Below are positions 10,959-21,208 of a DNA stretch of 64,000 nucleotides, one piece after another. The notes below the pieces were generated by a model. It saw nothing but the letters and a program-made list of their open reading frames with translations, was not told where the DNA came from and did not search any database. Every line of letters starts with the position of its first letter. Position 1 is the stretch's first letter. Origin of the DNA: Diplonema japonicum (taxonomy: Eukaryota; Protista; Euglenozoa: Diplonemea); assembly GCA_964019335.1 (NCBI GenBank), contig OZ025667.1, positions 62,001-126,000 of the forward strand, in the 5' to 3' direction. A program made the translations under genes and the position numbers.

Positions 10959-11448
10959 ATGCCGAATATAAGAAGAAAGAAGACGGAAGAAGAAGAAGAA
11001 AAAAAAACTGTATCAAGATACATAAACTATATTCCGCATTTTCTTCTTTTTTGTTCTTTTTTTTTTTTTTTCTTCTCCTCCTAATTTTTTTTTTTTTTTC
11101 CCCCTCCCAAGGGAGAGAAAACGACGGTCTTTTTGATTTTTCGTTTTTGCAAAAATAAGAAAAAGAAGAGAGAAAAAAAAGAAAAAAAAAGGAAATTGGG
11201 AACACGTTCGGTTTAAAAAAAAAAATGTTTCTTCGGGTGAAACAGTTTTTTTTCTTCTTTTTTTCTTTGTAAAAGACTTTAAAAAAAAAAAGAAAACACT
11301 GTTTCCCGCAGACACGAACGAACAAACTAGTTTCCTTTCTTTTTTTTTTCTACCCCTTCCATTTCGCTCCCTCTTTTTTTTCTTCCCCCCCCACTGCCTC
11401 AATTTTTACATTTTTCATTCCAGGGCCTCATTTAAAAAAAAAAAAAAA

Positions 11449-12327
11449 ATGAGGCAAAGCAAGCCCCTCCGCATGATCCCTACCAGTGCAGGGTACGATC
11501 CAAACGATCTGGCGAAGATCATCGAATCCTTGCAGAAGGGAAGCGTGGCGTGCATAACCGGCGCAGGCTGCAGCACAGAAAGCGGGATCCCAGACTACAG
11601 ATCCCCCGAGGGTTCATATTCAAAAGGTTACAAACCAATGACACACCAGGACTTCATGAACAGTGAGTTTCAGCGAAAGAGATACTGGGCGCGAAGCACC
11701 ATGAGCTGGCCCGGGTTCAAGGCAAAACAGCAAAACGCATGCCATGAAAGCGTCGATGCAATGCTGGAAAATAAGGCGCTCAGCTGTTTGATAACACAAA
11801 ACGTCGACAGTTTACACAAACACCCTGACACAGTGCACCTCCACGGTAGGTTGAATTCTGTTCGGTGCATGGAATGCAAATCGGTGCATGATCGCGATGC
11901 CTTTCAAGATCAAATGTTGGAATTAAACCCTGTCATGCTGGAAATGAACGTTGGGGGAGATCGGTTTGAACGGTCAGACGGTGATGTGGAGTTTGAAAAT
12001 AAGGATGTTTTCACCAATTTCAACATCCCCCCGTGTGGGACCTGCGGCAGCAGGGTCATGAAGCCAAACGTGGTTCTTTTCGGCGATAGTGTCCCGCTTC
12101 CCACTGTTGATCATTGCATGGAAAGGGTGTCCCACTCTTCCGCTGTGCTCTGTCTTGGCACCTCTCTCATGGTCTACAGCTCATGGAGGTTCGTCAAGCT
12201 CGCCTCCAAGCTCGACCTCCCCATCTATGTAGTCAACATCGGCCCCACAAGAGCTGACAACATTCTCGATGTCAAGCTCGAAACCCGTGTCTCAGAGGTG
12301 CTGCCTATCATACTGCATTCTATATGA
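11449..12327 (+). CDS. SIRT4: NAD-dependent sirtuin, class II (SIRT4-like)
   Basis: GAGCSTESGIPDYRS, RYWARS..SWP, ITQNVD.LH, LHG...V.C..C, R.DGDV, C..CG..MKP.VV.FG, GTSL.VYS, NIGPTRAD. Confidence 0.92.
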   Translation: MRQSKPLRMIPTSAGYDPNDLAKIIESLQKGSVACITGAGCSTESGIPDYRSPEGSYSKGYKPMTHQDFMNSEFQRKRYWARSTMSWPGFKAKQQNACHESVDAMLENKALSCLITQNVDSLHKHPDTVHLHGRLNSVRCMECKSVHDRDAFQDQMLELNPVMLEMNVGGDRFERSDGDVEFENKDVFTNFNIPPCGTCGSRVMKPNVVLFGDSVPLPTVDHCMERVSHSSAVLCLGTSLMVYSSWRFVKLASKLDLPIYVVNIGPTRADNILDVKLETRVSEVLPIILHSI

Positions 12328-12478
12328 CGTCCCCCCCCCTTTTCCCCCGTTTTTTTCGCAGTTTGTTGACATGCTAGCAATTTTAGATGGTGTACGGCTA
12401 TTTTTCTTTTTTGATATTTATCCGGAATGATGATCATAGGGACAAAAAAAAAAAAAGAAAAGTGGGGGGGGAAACACA

Positions 12479-13132
12479 ATGGGTCTGGTCCAGCTGAGGC
12501 CGTACAACCGTGAGGTGTTGTGGTTGGACCCAAGGCAGAATGTGAAGAACACGGTGAGCCGGCAGGTGTACATCGATTGGAAAATGAAGAGAATGCGGAA
12601 GGCACAGAGCGTGAAATTCGACCAGACCTGTCTGTCGGGGATATACGAGATGATGGAACAGCACGCAGACAGGCACCTGAGGTTGGATCAGACCGCATTC
12701 TCGAAGTGCATGTCCGACCTTGGATTGGATATAAAGTACCACCAGCAGCTGTACTCACGGTTCGATGCTGATGGCAATGGTGTGATTGACCCTGGTGAGT
12801 TCTGTGAGGCTTTGGACGAACTGGTGAGCGGGGGGAACAATTTATCCGTGCTGAGGTCCTGTTTCGACCTTTTCGACACGCAGCGCAAAGGCCACATCTC
12901 GCAGCCGGACATCGAGAACGCGCTCCACGCATACCACAGTAAAAAACCAGACGGCAGTGCGACCCAGTTCTTCCCTACGAAGGACCAAATCGGTGTCGTT
13001 GCGAAGGTGGTCTGCCGTGACACGCGTCTCCTCACCTTCAACGAATTTGTGACGCGATGCGGACGAGAAGTAGACCTTCTCACGCCCTTCATGAACCATA
13101 TCTTGATGTTTATGTGTCAAAATCAGGTGTAG
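12479..13132 (+). CDS. EF-hand calcium-binding protein (calcineurin B/NCS-like)
   Basis: FDADGNGVIDPGEF and FDLFDTQRKGHISQPD EF-hand loops. Confidence 0.8.
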   Translation: MGLVQLRPYNREVLWLDPRQNVKNTVSRQVYIDWKMKRMRKAQSVKFDQTCLSGIYEMMEQHADRHLRLDQTAFSKCMSDLGLDIKYHQQLYSRFDADGNGVIDPGEFCEALDELVSGGNNLSVLRSCFDLFDTQRKGHISQPDIENALHAYHSKKPDGSATQFFPTKDQIGVVAKVVCRDTRLLTFNEFVTRCGREVDLLTPFMNHILMFMCQNQV

Positions 13133-13412
13133 TTTTCGTACTCCGACTTGACGCTTTTTGATGGAGACAACACCTAGGAGTTGCTCTTTTTTCACGCTAA
13201 AAAAAAAAAAGAAAAAAAAGGATGCCCCTCACCGCATGTTAAAATGTCTTTTGTTTTCCAACAAAAGAAAAGAGGGTGCAAAGGAGGGTTTTTTTTTTTT
13301 TGGGCTTGTCCTGCACTTTGAGTTTTTTTTTCTTTTTTTCAAATCGTTCCTTCAAATGAATGACTTTTTGAACAAAAAAAAAAGAAAAAAAAAAACAACA
13401 TTACCACAGGGG

Positions 13413-14399
13413 ATGGCCACTCATGCCCCTACAGCGGACGATGTTGTGTCAACCGACACCGATGACTGGGATTTGGATGACGTCCCCGACTTCGAAGAGA
13501 TGACGGCGGTGGGTTACATTAGATTAAAGATAGTAAAGGTTTCATGCGGTGGGGAAGGGGCACAGCTAGGGGGGTTCATGGTATGGGACGAAGAAAGGAA
13601 CGAAGGGGTGATAAAGGGCGTGGCGAACCCCGAGGGACGTTGCGAGAAAGGGTTTCAAGCTGTCGACGGAGTAAGCGGCAACGGGAAATGGTGGGTCGAC
13701 ACCGCATCGCAACCCCTCATCATCGAGCTTCGCGAGCAAATCGTAGCCAAGACATACTGCCTACGAACAGCGGGTGATGCAAAAATGCTGCACAACGACC
13801 CTGTGTCATGGGTACTGGAAGGCTCTGTCCTCCCTCATGGACCATGGAAGGAGCTTTCAACTGTAACGTCAGCAACGCTACCCAAAGAACGGTACACATG
13901 GTCGGGGCAGTTTAACTGTCATGCCCCCACAACTCCTCACACTCCGCTTCCCACGCACTCGCGGATCCGGTTTACCCCTGTTCCTCAGCGTAGTTATTCT
14001 ATATCCACGCTTTCCACTGTTTTCCAGCCGAGTTCTGTTGTGTTCGAAGGGTTTCTATCAACGATCGACTCCGGTGGGCTGCAGTGGGCGACGCTGCGTG
14101 GGTCTTCTCTGACTTTTAACGGCAAGACATTTTCTCTATCCTCTGTGTCGAAGGCAACTCAGATGGGTTGTTCGTTTGAGTTGACACACTACCCCCCTGC
14201 TTCAAACAGAGTATTCATGGCAACCTCCCGTCAGCAGGCTGAAGCCTGGACTTGGTGTGTGAGCCTCATGCTCCCAAACATAAAGGCCACCACCACCTTC
14301 CGCAGCGTGAAGAACGGCGTCACAAGTGTTTTGACCGATAAGATCACGTCTACCGTACGTGAGCTGCCTGTGTTGAAGAGATTTGTCTTGAAACGGTAG
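13413..14399 (+). CDS. Protein with a discoidin/F5-8C-like (galactose-binding-like) domain and a C-terminal PH-like domain
   Basis: Y.LRTAGDA...DPVSWVLEGS..W motif; FEGFL...W..L....L...F.A.S....EAW PH-like pattern. Start placed after the low-complexity leader. Confidence 0.6.
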   Translation: MATHAPTADDVVSTDTDDWDLDDVPDFEEMTAVGYIRLKIVKVSCGGEGAQLGGFMVWDEERNEGVIKGVANPEGRCEKGFQAVDGVSGNGKWWVDTASQPLIIELREQIVAKTYCLRTAGDAKMLHNDPVSWVLEGSVLPHGPWKELSTVTSATLPKERYTWSGQFNCHAPTTPHTPLPTHSRIRFTPVPQRSYSISTLSTVFQPSSVVFEGFLSTIDSGGLQWATLRGSSLTFNGKTFSLSSVSKATQMGCSFELTHYPPASNRVFMATSRQQAEAWTWCVSLMLPNIKATTTFRSVKNGVTSVLTDKITSTVRELPVLKRFVLKR

Positions 14400-14961
14400 G
14401 GATGGCCCCTCACGGGGAAAGGGGTAGCCAGAAGAATGATGGGTCGAAGTAATAAAATACTAAAGCCGAGTAAGCCTAGCCTCTCTACTCTTTAACCTTT
14501 TTTTGTCTTTCTGAAGTTCTGACCAGCAAAGTGCAAACCGGGTTTGCGGGGTAAGGGGTCCCTAGCTTCTCCTCAACATAGCTCCCCCCATTTCTTCTGG
14601 TTTTTTTCTTTTTTGTTTCCCCTTCTTTTTTTCGTTCTTTCTCAGGACGGACGTCGCTGGGAACAATTGCCCAACAGAAGACCCATCTTCGCAGAACACA
14701 GCCAGCGCGGTGCCACGTCCCGCGAGTCAGAACGGGGTGAACGCCGCAAAGGCTTCGAACACAAACTTGAAATATCTAGTTTTTTTTCAGGGAACGGCGG
14801 AAAAAAGAAAAGAAACTATCCCTAACCAAAGGGGCTATGTACTTTTTATTTTTTTCAGCCATTACCTCTCCCCCTCCCTCCCCCCAAGCTCATCTTGTTC
14901 CAATTTCTTTTCCAAATTTTCAACCTGCGATGAAACATTATAAAGGTTACAACACACAACG

Positions 14962-17344
14962 ATGCGAATGTCGCTAGTTATGCTTCTGGCTGTCTCTGCA
15001 CAGGCAATGCAGTGGACATCTATCAACTGCCCCTCGGGGAGCGGGAACTGCAACTACCAAAACACCAAGTCTGTGGACGAAGCAGTGAGCATTTTCTTCC
15101 AGGTGGAGCTTGCATCTGGTGAGAACGAAGGGTCCTTCAGCTGCAGCGATGGGGAAATGACCTACTGCAGCAGAAAGTGGTCTGCTGCCGACAGTGGTAG
15201 CGCAGGGGACTGTTTCTTCCTTCTTCCCGCGGGGGGTCAGTTCCAGTGCCAGTCGCAGGGAACCATCAACTTCATTGGGGCGCACTCCTCGCCTATGTCC
15301 GGATCTGTTCTCTCGACTGAGAAGAAGCACGTCCCATGCACCGGTGGGTCGTGCACCTACACCAACACCGACTCGACTGACATGTGGGTTGCCCAGTCAT
15401 TCGAGACCTCCGGTAACGCACACAACACCTACGACTGCACATACACCAACGCCGGTGCGACAATGACCCTGTGCAGCTACGCCGTGAACGGGACAGGCGG
15501 CTCCTCCTGCGGCTACATCCTCCCCGCCAAGGCGTCGATGACCTGCCATGCCAAGGGCAGCGTCAGCATGCGCACCTCGACTGCCCTGTCCTTCAAGCAG
15601 CCCTACCTCTCCACCAACGCCGCTGTGGAGACTAAGTGGGACTGCCCTCTGGTGTCCTACCCCAAGCCCAACATGTGCGACTGTGCCTACACAAACAACC
15701 ACAAGGACCAGGACCTCGTTGTGATGGTGACCTCGTCCAGCACAGACAACGGCTACAACTCTTTCCACTGCGGCACTGGCGGTGCCAACATCTGTGCGTG
15801 GGGGTCCAACCAGAACGACTTCGGGAACAGGGGTGGCTGCTACTTCATCCTCCCCCCCAACACCGAATTCTCGTGCCAGATGGAGTGGGGTGCTGCTTCC
15901 TTCTCCATCAGCACTGCTCTTGCTGCCAACAGGTCCATCTTCGGTACCTCCCAGAGGGGTGAGGAGAAGGTGTGGAAGAGGCCTGCCACCTCGGAGGAGC
16001 ACACCGACCGTACCCACACCCTGAACAAGCACCAGGAGATGTTCCAGAAGTGGAAGGCCCACCACAACAAGCAGTACGAGAACCCCATGGAGGAGGCGCA
16101 GAGGTTCGAGAACTTCAGGAAGCACTTGAGCGCCTTCCTTAGGAAGAACAAGGCGACGGGCATGCCCAACAGCCTTGCCGACTGGTCGAAGGCCGAGTAC
16201 GAACGCCACTACAGGGACTGTGCCAGGAAGACGCCTGAAGGTGCTGTGCCGCCCCTCCCCAAGGAACTGACCATCACCGACGAGGACATCATGGACCTCC
16301 CCGAGTCCATTGACTGGAGGACAAAGGGTGTCGTTACACCTGTGAAGAACCAGGCCCAGTGCGGGAGGTATGCAAAAATATCTGCAGTGTAACAATTATA
16401 ACAGCTGCTGGTCGTTCAGCACCACCGGTGTCATTGAAGGTGCATGGGCGATGGCGGGGAACCGCCTGCAGAGCCTCTCAGAGCAGGAACTCGTGAGCTG
16501 CGAGAAGAACTGCGATGGGTGCGACGGTGGGTGGCCGTACCTCGCAATCGAGTACGTGAAGCAGAACGGCGACGCCACTGAGGAGAGCTACCCGTACGTG
16601 TCTGGGCAGGGGAATGTTCCGTCGTGCACCGCAGGCCACACCATGGCAGACGTGAAGGTGACGGGCTACTACGCAGTGAACAACAGCGAGGACGCCATGG
16701 CGGCCGCCCTCGTGAAGTACGGCCCTGTGTCCATCACGGTGGACGCGATGACACAGCTGTGGTGGCCGTACACAGGGGGTATCATGACGGGATGCTGCAA
16801 CCACGAACCCGACCACGCAGTGCTGCTGGTGGGGTACGGTGTGGACCAGGGGAAGAAGTACTGGCTTATCAAGAACTCATGGGGAACAGACTGGGGCGAG
16901 AACGGGTACCTCAGGCTTGAGAGGGGCACTGACCAGTGCGGGATCACATCGGCTCCCACGTTGGCCTTCGTGCAGGGCGGGCCCCCGATGCCCCAGCCGC
17001 AGTGCCCCCCCGAGACAGTCGTGACCAACAACACCGACGGGACACGCACCTGTGAATGGAAGAACAACACCAACGGTGTTATCATCCCTCCTGCACAGTC
17101 TTTGAGTGCTGACTGCAGCTACTGGCCCAAGGAGAACTCCTTCAGCTACATCTGGGATGGGAACGTGTCGCCTCCTGCGAACTACCCCTGCCCCCCTTCG
17201 TCCGAGCACCAGGAGCAGGGCATGGCCGAGAACTTCTGTGTCTTCTACAACGGTGCCAAGGGCCTTCACATCCCCACCACCGCTACCGTGGACTGTTCCA
17301 ACCTTGTCTCTCAGGGCAGGTTCTCTTACACATACAAGCTGTAG
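14962..17344 (+). CDS. Cathepsin L-like C1A cysteine protease with N-terminal Cys-rich triple repeat, I29 propeptide and C-terminal extension; intron 16368-16404
   Basis: PESIDWRTKG..TPVKNQAQCG-SCWSFS after removing a 37-nt intron; catalytic DHAVLLVGYG and KNSWG; I29 F..WK..HNK.Y...E...RF. Confidence 0.93.
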
Positions 17345-17794
17345 GCCGTTTGTCTTAAAAAAGAAATAGGGGAAAAAAAAAAAATACGCATTTCGTTTTT
17401 CACTTTCGTTTTCTTCACCCCCCCCTCTTTTGATTTTGTGTCGCTTCAACTTTCATTTTCTCCATGTGAGGGTTTGAATAAGCCATTTTACGGAAAAAAA
17501 AAAGAAAAAAAGGGGGGAGGGAAACAAAAAACCAACAAAAAAAAGGAGAAGAAAAAAAAAAAAAGAAAAAAAAAGCATAAAATGAGCAAAATTCTACCCG
17601 TCGTTTTTTTCCCCTCTGTTTTATTTTATTTTTATTTTTACTTTTTTTTTTTTTTTTTTTTTTTCCCTTTCTCTCCTCGACAAAAGATGGGCGGACCCAA
17701 GGTTTCCTGTTTTTTTTAGAAAAAAACTACGTTTTCTTTTCCTTTTTTTTTTTTCTTCCCCATTCTTCTTCTTCTTTTTTTCTTTTTTCTTCCC

Positions 17795-18018
17795 CCATTC
17801 GACAAAGCAGAACCTTCCCCGTCCGTCGTGCCCTATGTGTACCTTCTTTTTCCCGCCTTGTGCGATCTGTGCCACTAAGGATTTCTCGGCAAGCATTGCA
17901 ACGCAATGTTGGCTTTCAGTGCTCTTGCGGCGGCCTGGATGCACAGGTTGTCTGCGATGGAACCTTCCCGGCTGTGTGCTACACAGAATTCGCCGAAGTT
18001 CTTCTCCTCAAAATCACA
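17795..18018 (-). pseudogene. Frameshifted OTU-like deubiquitinase fragment
   Basis: Minus strand reads FGEFCVAHSREGSIADNLCIQAAARALKANI, then after a frameshift VAMLAEKSLVAQIAQGGKKKVHIGHDGRGRFCFV, resembling the OTU C-terminal half. No catalytic Cys region. Confidence 0.45.
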
Positions 18019-18042
18019 AGAGGGAAAAAAAAAAAAAAAGAA

Positions 18043-18642
18043 ATGATAACAACGTTGGTCAGCGCTATCTGCATGTCAATCCCCAGGTTCCCGGAGAGAT
18101 ATTTTCATGGAGAAATCACAATTGATGTCATAGGACACAAGGAGTACAAACGTGTGGCAGAAGTGGCGTGGGATGGAGATAACACAAGAAGCATGGTTAA
18201 ATGGGTGAAAGACTTTGAAGATGTTGCACAGCACATCATACGGCGCTATGACTTGAGAAGGGAGTACGACTTCAAAGAGGTATGCGTGGATGAGGTTTGC
18301 GAAAAAATGTGTTCGAAAAGCTCACTTGAGGGACACACGTTCAAGCGCCCAGTTGTGCTGGACACCGCAACTCAAACATCTTGCCCCGCCGAGAGCGAAG
18401 ATTTCTTAACATGGACCACGGCCTCCAACCACACCCTCATAACACACCTCAACCACACCATCGCATCTATGGAGTCCTCAACCTTACGGTGGTCGATCAA
18501 ATACTTCTCCACAGAACCTAGCGCGAGCGGTGTTTCATTCACAGTGCCGCACAGCTTCAACCCGAAGACTTTGTGCAAGCCGTCCCCGAACGACAATGGT
18601 CTCCCTTATGTACACTTTTTCAGTGATATTTTAACTCTTTGA
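18043..18642 (+). CDS. Small secreted/lysosomal protein, possibly ependymin-related
   Basis: Hydrophobic N-terminus, P.FP..Y, RRYDL..EY, C.K..L and F.VP...C patterns. Family assignment is tentative. Confidence 0.5.
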   Translation: MITTLVSAICMSIPRFPERYFHGEITIDVIGHKEYKRVAEVAWDGDNTRSMVKWVKDFEDVAQHIIRRYDLRREYDFKEVCVDEVCEKMCSKSSLEGHTFKRPVVLDTATQTSCPAESEDFLTWTTASNHTLITHLNHTIASMESSTLRWSIKYFSTEPSASGVSFTVPHSFNPKTLCKPSPNDNGLPYVHFFSDILTL

Positions 18643-18798
18643 AGATATTAAAAAGCTTCATTTTTTTTTTTTTCTCTCCAAAAAAAAAAAAAAAAGAAAA
18701 AAAAAAAAGAACTATCCGGAAACGAAGGGAAGGAAATATAAAAAAAAAACGAAAAAAAAAAAAAAAGTAAAAAAAAGAATTTTAAAAAAAAAAAAAAA

Positions 18799-19699
18799 AT
18801 GCATTGGAAAGGATTTCTAGTAGGTTTGGTTGGGATAAGTGTAGCGGTGTACATGAGCAATGAAGGCGACGAGATAGGCAAGAAGGTAGATTTCAAAGAA
18901 GCGAAGGAGGGGGTCACATACCCAAGAATGTCTGCTGACAACATTAAAAATCCGAAGAGGATCTGGAAGAAGGAGGATCTGGCTGAGAGGGGTGGGCAGA
19001 ACGCCAACCGAGAGCTGATCCTCTCCATAGCGGGAGAGGTGTACGACGTCGGTAGCGGTGAAAAGCACTACGCTCCAGGGACGGGATACTCTGGGTTCAC
19101 TGGCCGTGACGCATCCCGCGCCTTTGTCACAGGCGAATACAACGAAACAGCCGTGAAAGGTCTGGAGGACCTTACTGATACACAAATAAAATCCATTATG
19201 GAGTGGAGACAGTTTTACCGCGATCATGAAGACTACCGTTTTGTGGGTGTCCTTGAAGGGGACTATTTCACCGCCTCCGGCCAGCCCACCGAGCACCTCC
19301 TCGAGGTGAACAAAGCCTTCGAACGCGCCACCCACAACGAAAACCTCCAAAAAGACGTCAGCAAGCAATTCCTCACCTGCAATTCCAAACACGAGGCTGC
19401 CAAAGACTACTTTGAACTCTGGTGCGACGATAGCTACCACAAAAAGGTATGATATTGGATACATTTACAATGCACCTTAACAGGGGTCGACTCCCACATA
19501 TATGATAACACGCATTAAGTCGTCGAAAGAAGAGACTCCGGGTCGCTGCGTCTGTGCCACGCCGGAGTTGATAGAAGGGATGCTTGCGAAGAACACTGAG
19601 CCTAAGAGCGAGACCGTGTCGCACTTTTTCCCGTTCCCGGAGTGTGAAAAAGGTGCGCAGAGCTGCAAGAGGCCGAAGGGTGCAAAGCCGCCTGCTTGA
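18799..19699 (+). CDS. CYB5D2: Neuferricin-like cytochrome b5 heme/steroid-binding protein (MAPR family); intron 19447-19483
   Basis: LSIAGEVYDV..G..HY.PG..YSGFTGRDASRAFVTG, W..FY...Y.FVG.L.G.Y, plus a Cys-rich C-terminus (CNS, WC, RCVC, PEC). Confidence 0.85.
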
Positions 19700-19806
19700 A
19701 TATAAAGGGTTTTTAGCTTCCCCCTTTTGTTTTTCTTCTTCTTCTTCCCCCCCCCCCCCCCCCCCCCTCGTTCCTTATCACGTACGCCACAGAGTAAACG
19801 GCTACG

Positions 19807-20877
19807 ATGTCTGACAAGCAGCTCAAACAAGTCGTCCGCACGCAGCTGACGGACCTTTTCCGGATCAGGCACCCCATCCTCCTTGCTGGGATGCTGAACG
19901 TGGCCTCTGCCCCGCTTGCTGCTGCAGTGAGTAACGCCGGTGGGCTTGGCAACATCGGAGGCTTCCTGATGAAGCCGCACCAGCTGCGGAAGGAGGTCTC
20001 AAAGCTGCAGAGAATGCTGGACGACAAAACGTGTTTCGGGATAGACTTGCTGCTGCCGCAGGTAGGCGGGTCGGCAAGGAAGACAAACACAGATTACACG
20101 AAAGGCATCCTCTCAGAACTTATCGACATCGTCATCGAGAGCAAAGCAAGACTGTTCACGGCAGCGGTGGGCGTGCCCCCACGATGGGTTGTCGAGAAGC
20201 TCCATGCCGCCGGCGTCTTAGTGATGAACATGGTTGGCGCCCCGCACCACGTGGACAAGGCACTTGCTGTGGGTGTCGATATCATCTGCTGCCAGGGGTA
20301 CGAGGCAGGCGGGCATACCGGCGACGTGGGAACCATGGCGTTGCTTCCCATGTGTTTGGAGAAATGCAAAGGGAAGAAGTCTGAGCTCCACGGTGGGCCT
20401 ATACATATTGTCGGTGCGGGGGGTATCTACAACGGGAGAGGCATGGCTGCTGCGTTGTCGCTTGGTGCTGAAGCGGTGTGGCTTGGTACTCGGTTCGTGG
20501 CGTCCGAGGAAGCAACGACCTCCGCCAGGCACAAGCAGGCTGTAGTCGATGCAGACGCCACCTCAACCACAAGGTCAGTCATCTACACAGGCAGGCCTGC
20601 AAGGGTTCTCAAGACACCGTACGTGATGGAGTGGGCCGCAAAGGATGCTCTGGTGAAGGAGCTCACCGCTCAAGGCAAAATCCCTTACCAATGGGAGATG
20701 AAGCAAGCAAGCGACAACAAACAACCTTTCTCCCTCGCGAAGACATTCCCATTCTCCCTTGGACAAGGCGCAGGAGGCATCACCTCCGTGCAGCCGGCAC
20801 GAGTCATCATCAACCAAATGGTCACCGAAACAGCGACTATCCTCACCGAACGCTCCACGCTCCTTGCCAAGCTGTAG
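19807..20877 (+). CDS. Nitronate monooxygenase (2-nitropropane dioxygenase) family, PTS1 -AKL
   Basis: HPILLAGM, LAAAVSNAGGLG, QGYEAGGHTG, GAGGI..GRG.AAAL.LGA..VW.GTRF; C-terminal AKL. Confidence 0.92.
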   Translation: MSDKQLKQVVRTQLTDLFRIRHPILLAGMLNVASAPLAAAVSNAGGLGNIGGFLMKPHQLRKEVSKLQRMLDDKTCFGIDLLLPQVGGSARKTNTDYTKGILSELIDIVIESKARLFTAAVGVPPRWVVEKLHAAGVLVMNMVGAPHHVDKALAVGVDIICCQGYEAGGHTGDVGTMALLPMCLEKCKGKKSELHGGPIHIVGAGGIYNGRGMAAALSLGAEAVWLGTRFVASEEATTSARHKQAVVDADATSTTRSVIYTGRPARVLKTPYVMEWAAKDALVKELTAQGKIPYQWEMKQASDNKQPFSLAKTFPFSLGQGAGGITSVQPARVIINQMVTETATILTERSTLLAKL

Positions 20878-21208
20878 TTTTCCAGCCACAAGGTGTGCCG
20901 CTTACCATTGCCGGCAACCGCGACCAACGTTTTCCGCCTTGCAGTTTCCCCTGACATTTTTTTTTAGCAGTTATCGTTGCTAACTATCTGGTTTGAAGGC
21001 AAACATAGGATTTCTTGCTTGCGCCAAACGGCTTGCGACTTTTGCAAAACCGCGACCATATCCTTATAAGAGACAATATGTCACCCCTCCCCTCTCCCCT
21101 TTTTTTAATACTCCGTATTGCATTGGCATTCCTTGATTCGGCAAGTTCTGTGGCATGAGTTTTCTTTTTTACACTGCTTCAAGCATAGACCCATCTCATC
21201 AGACCAAT

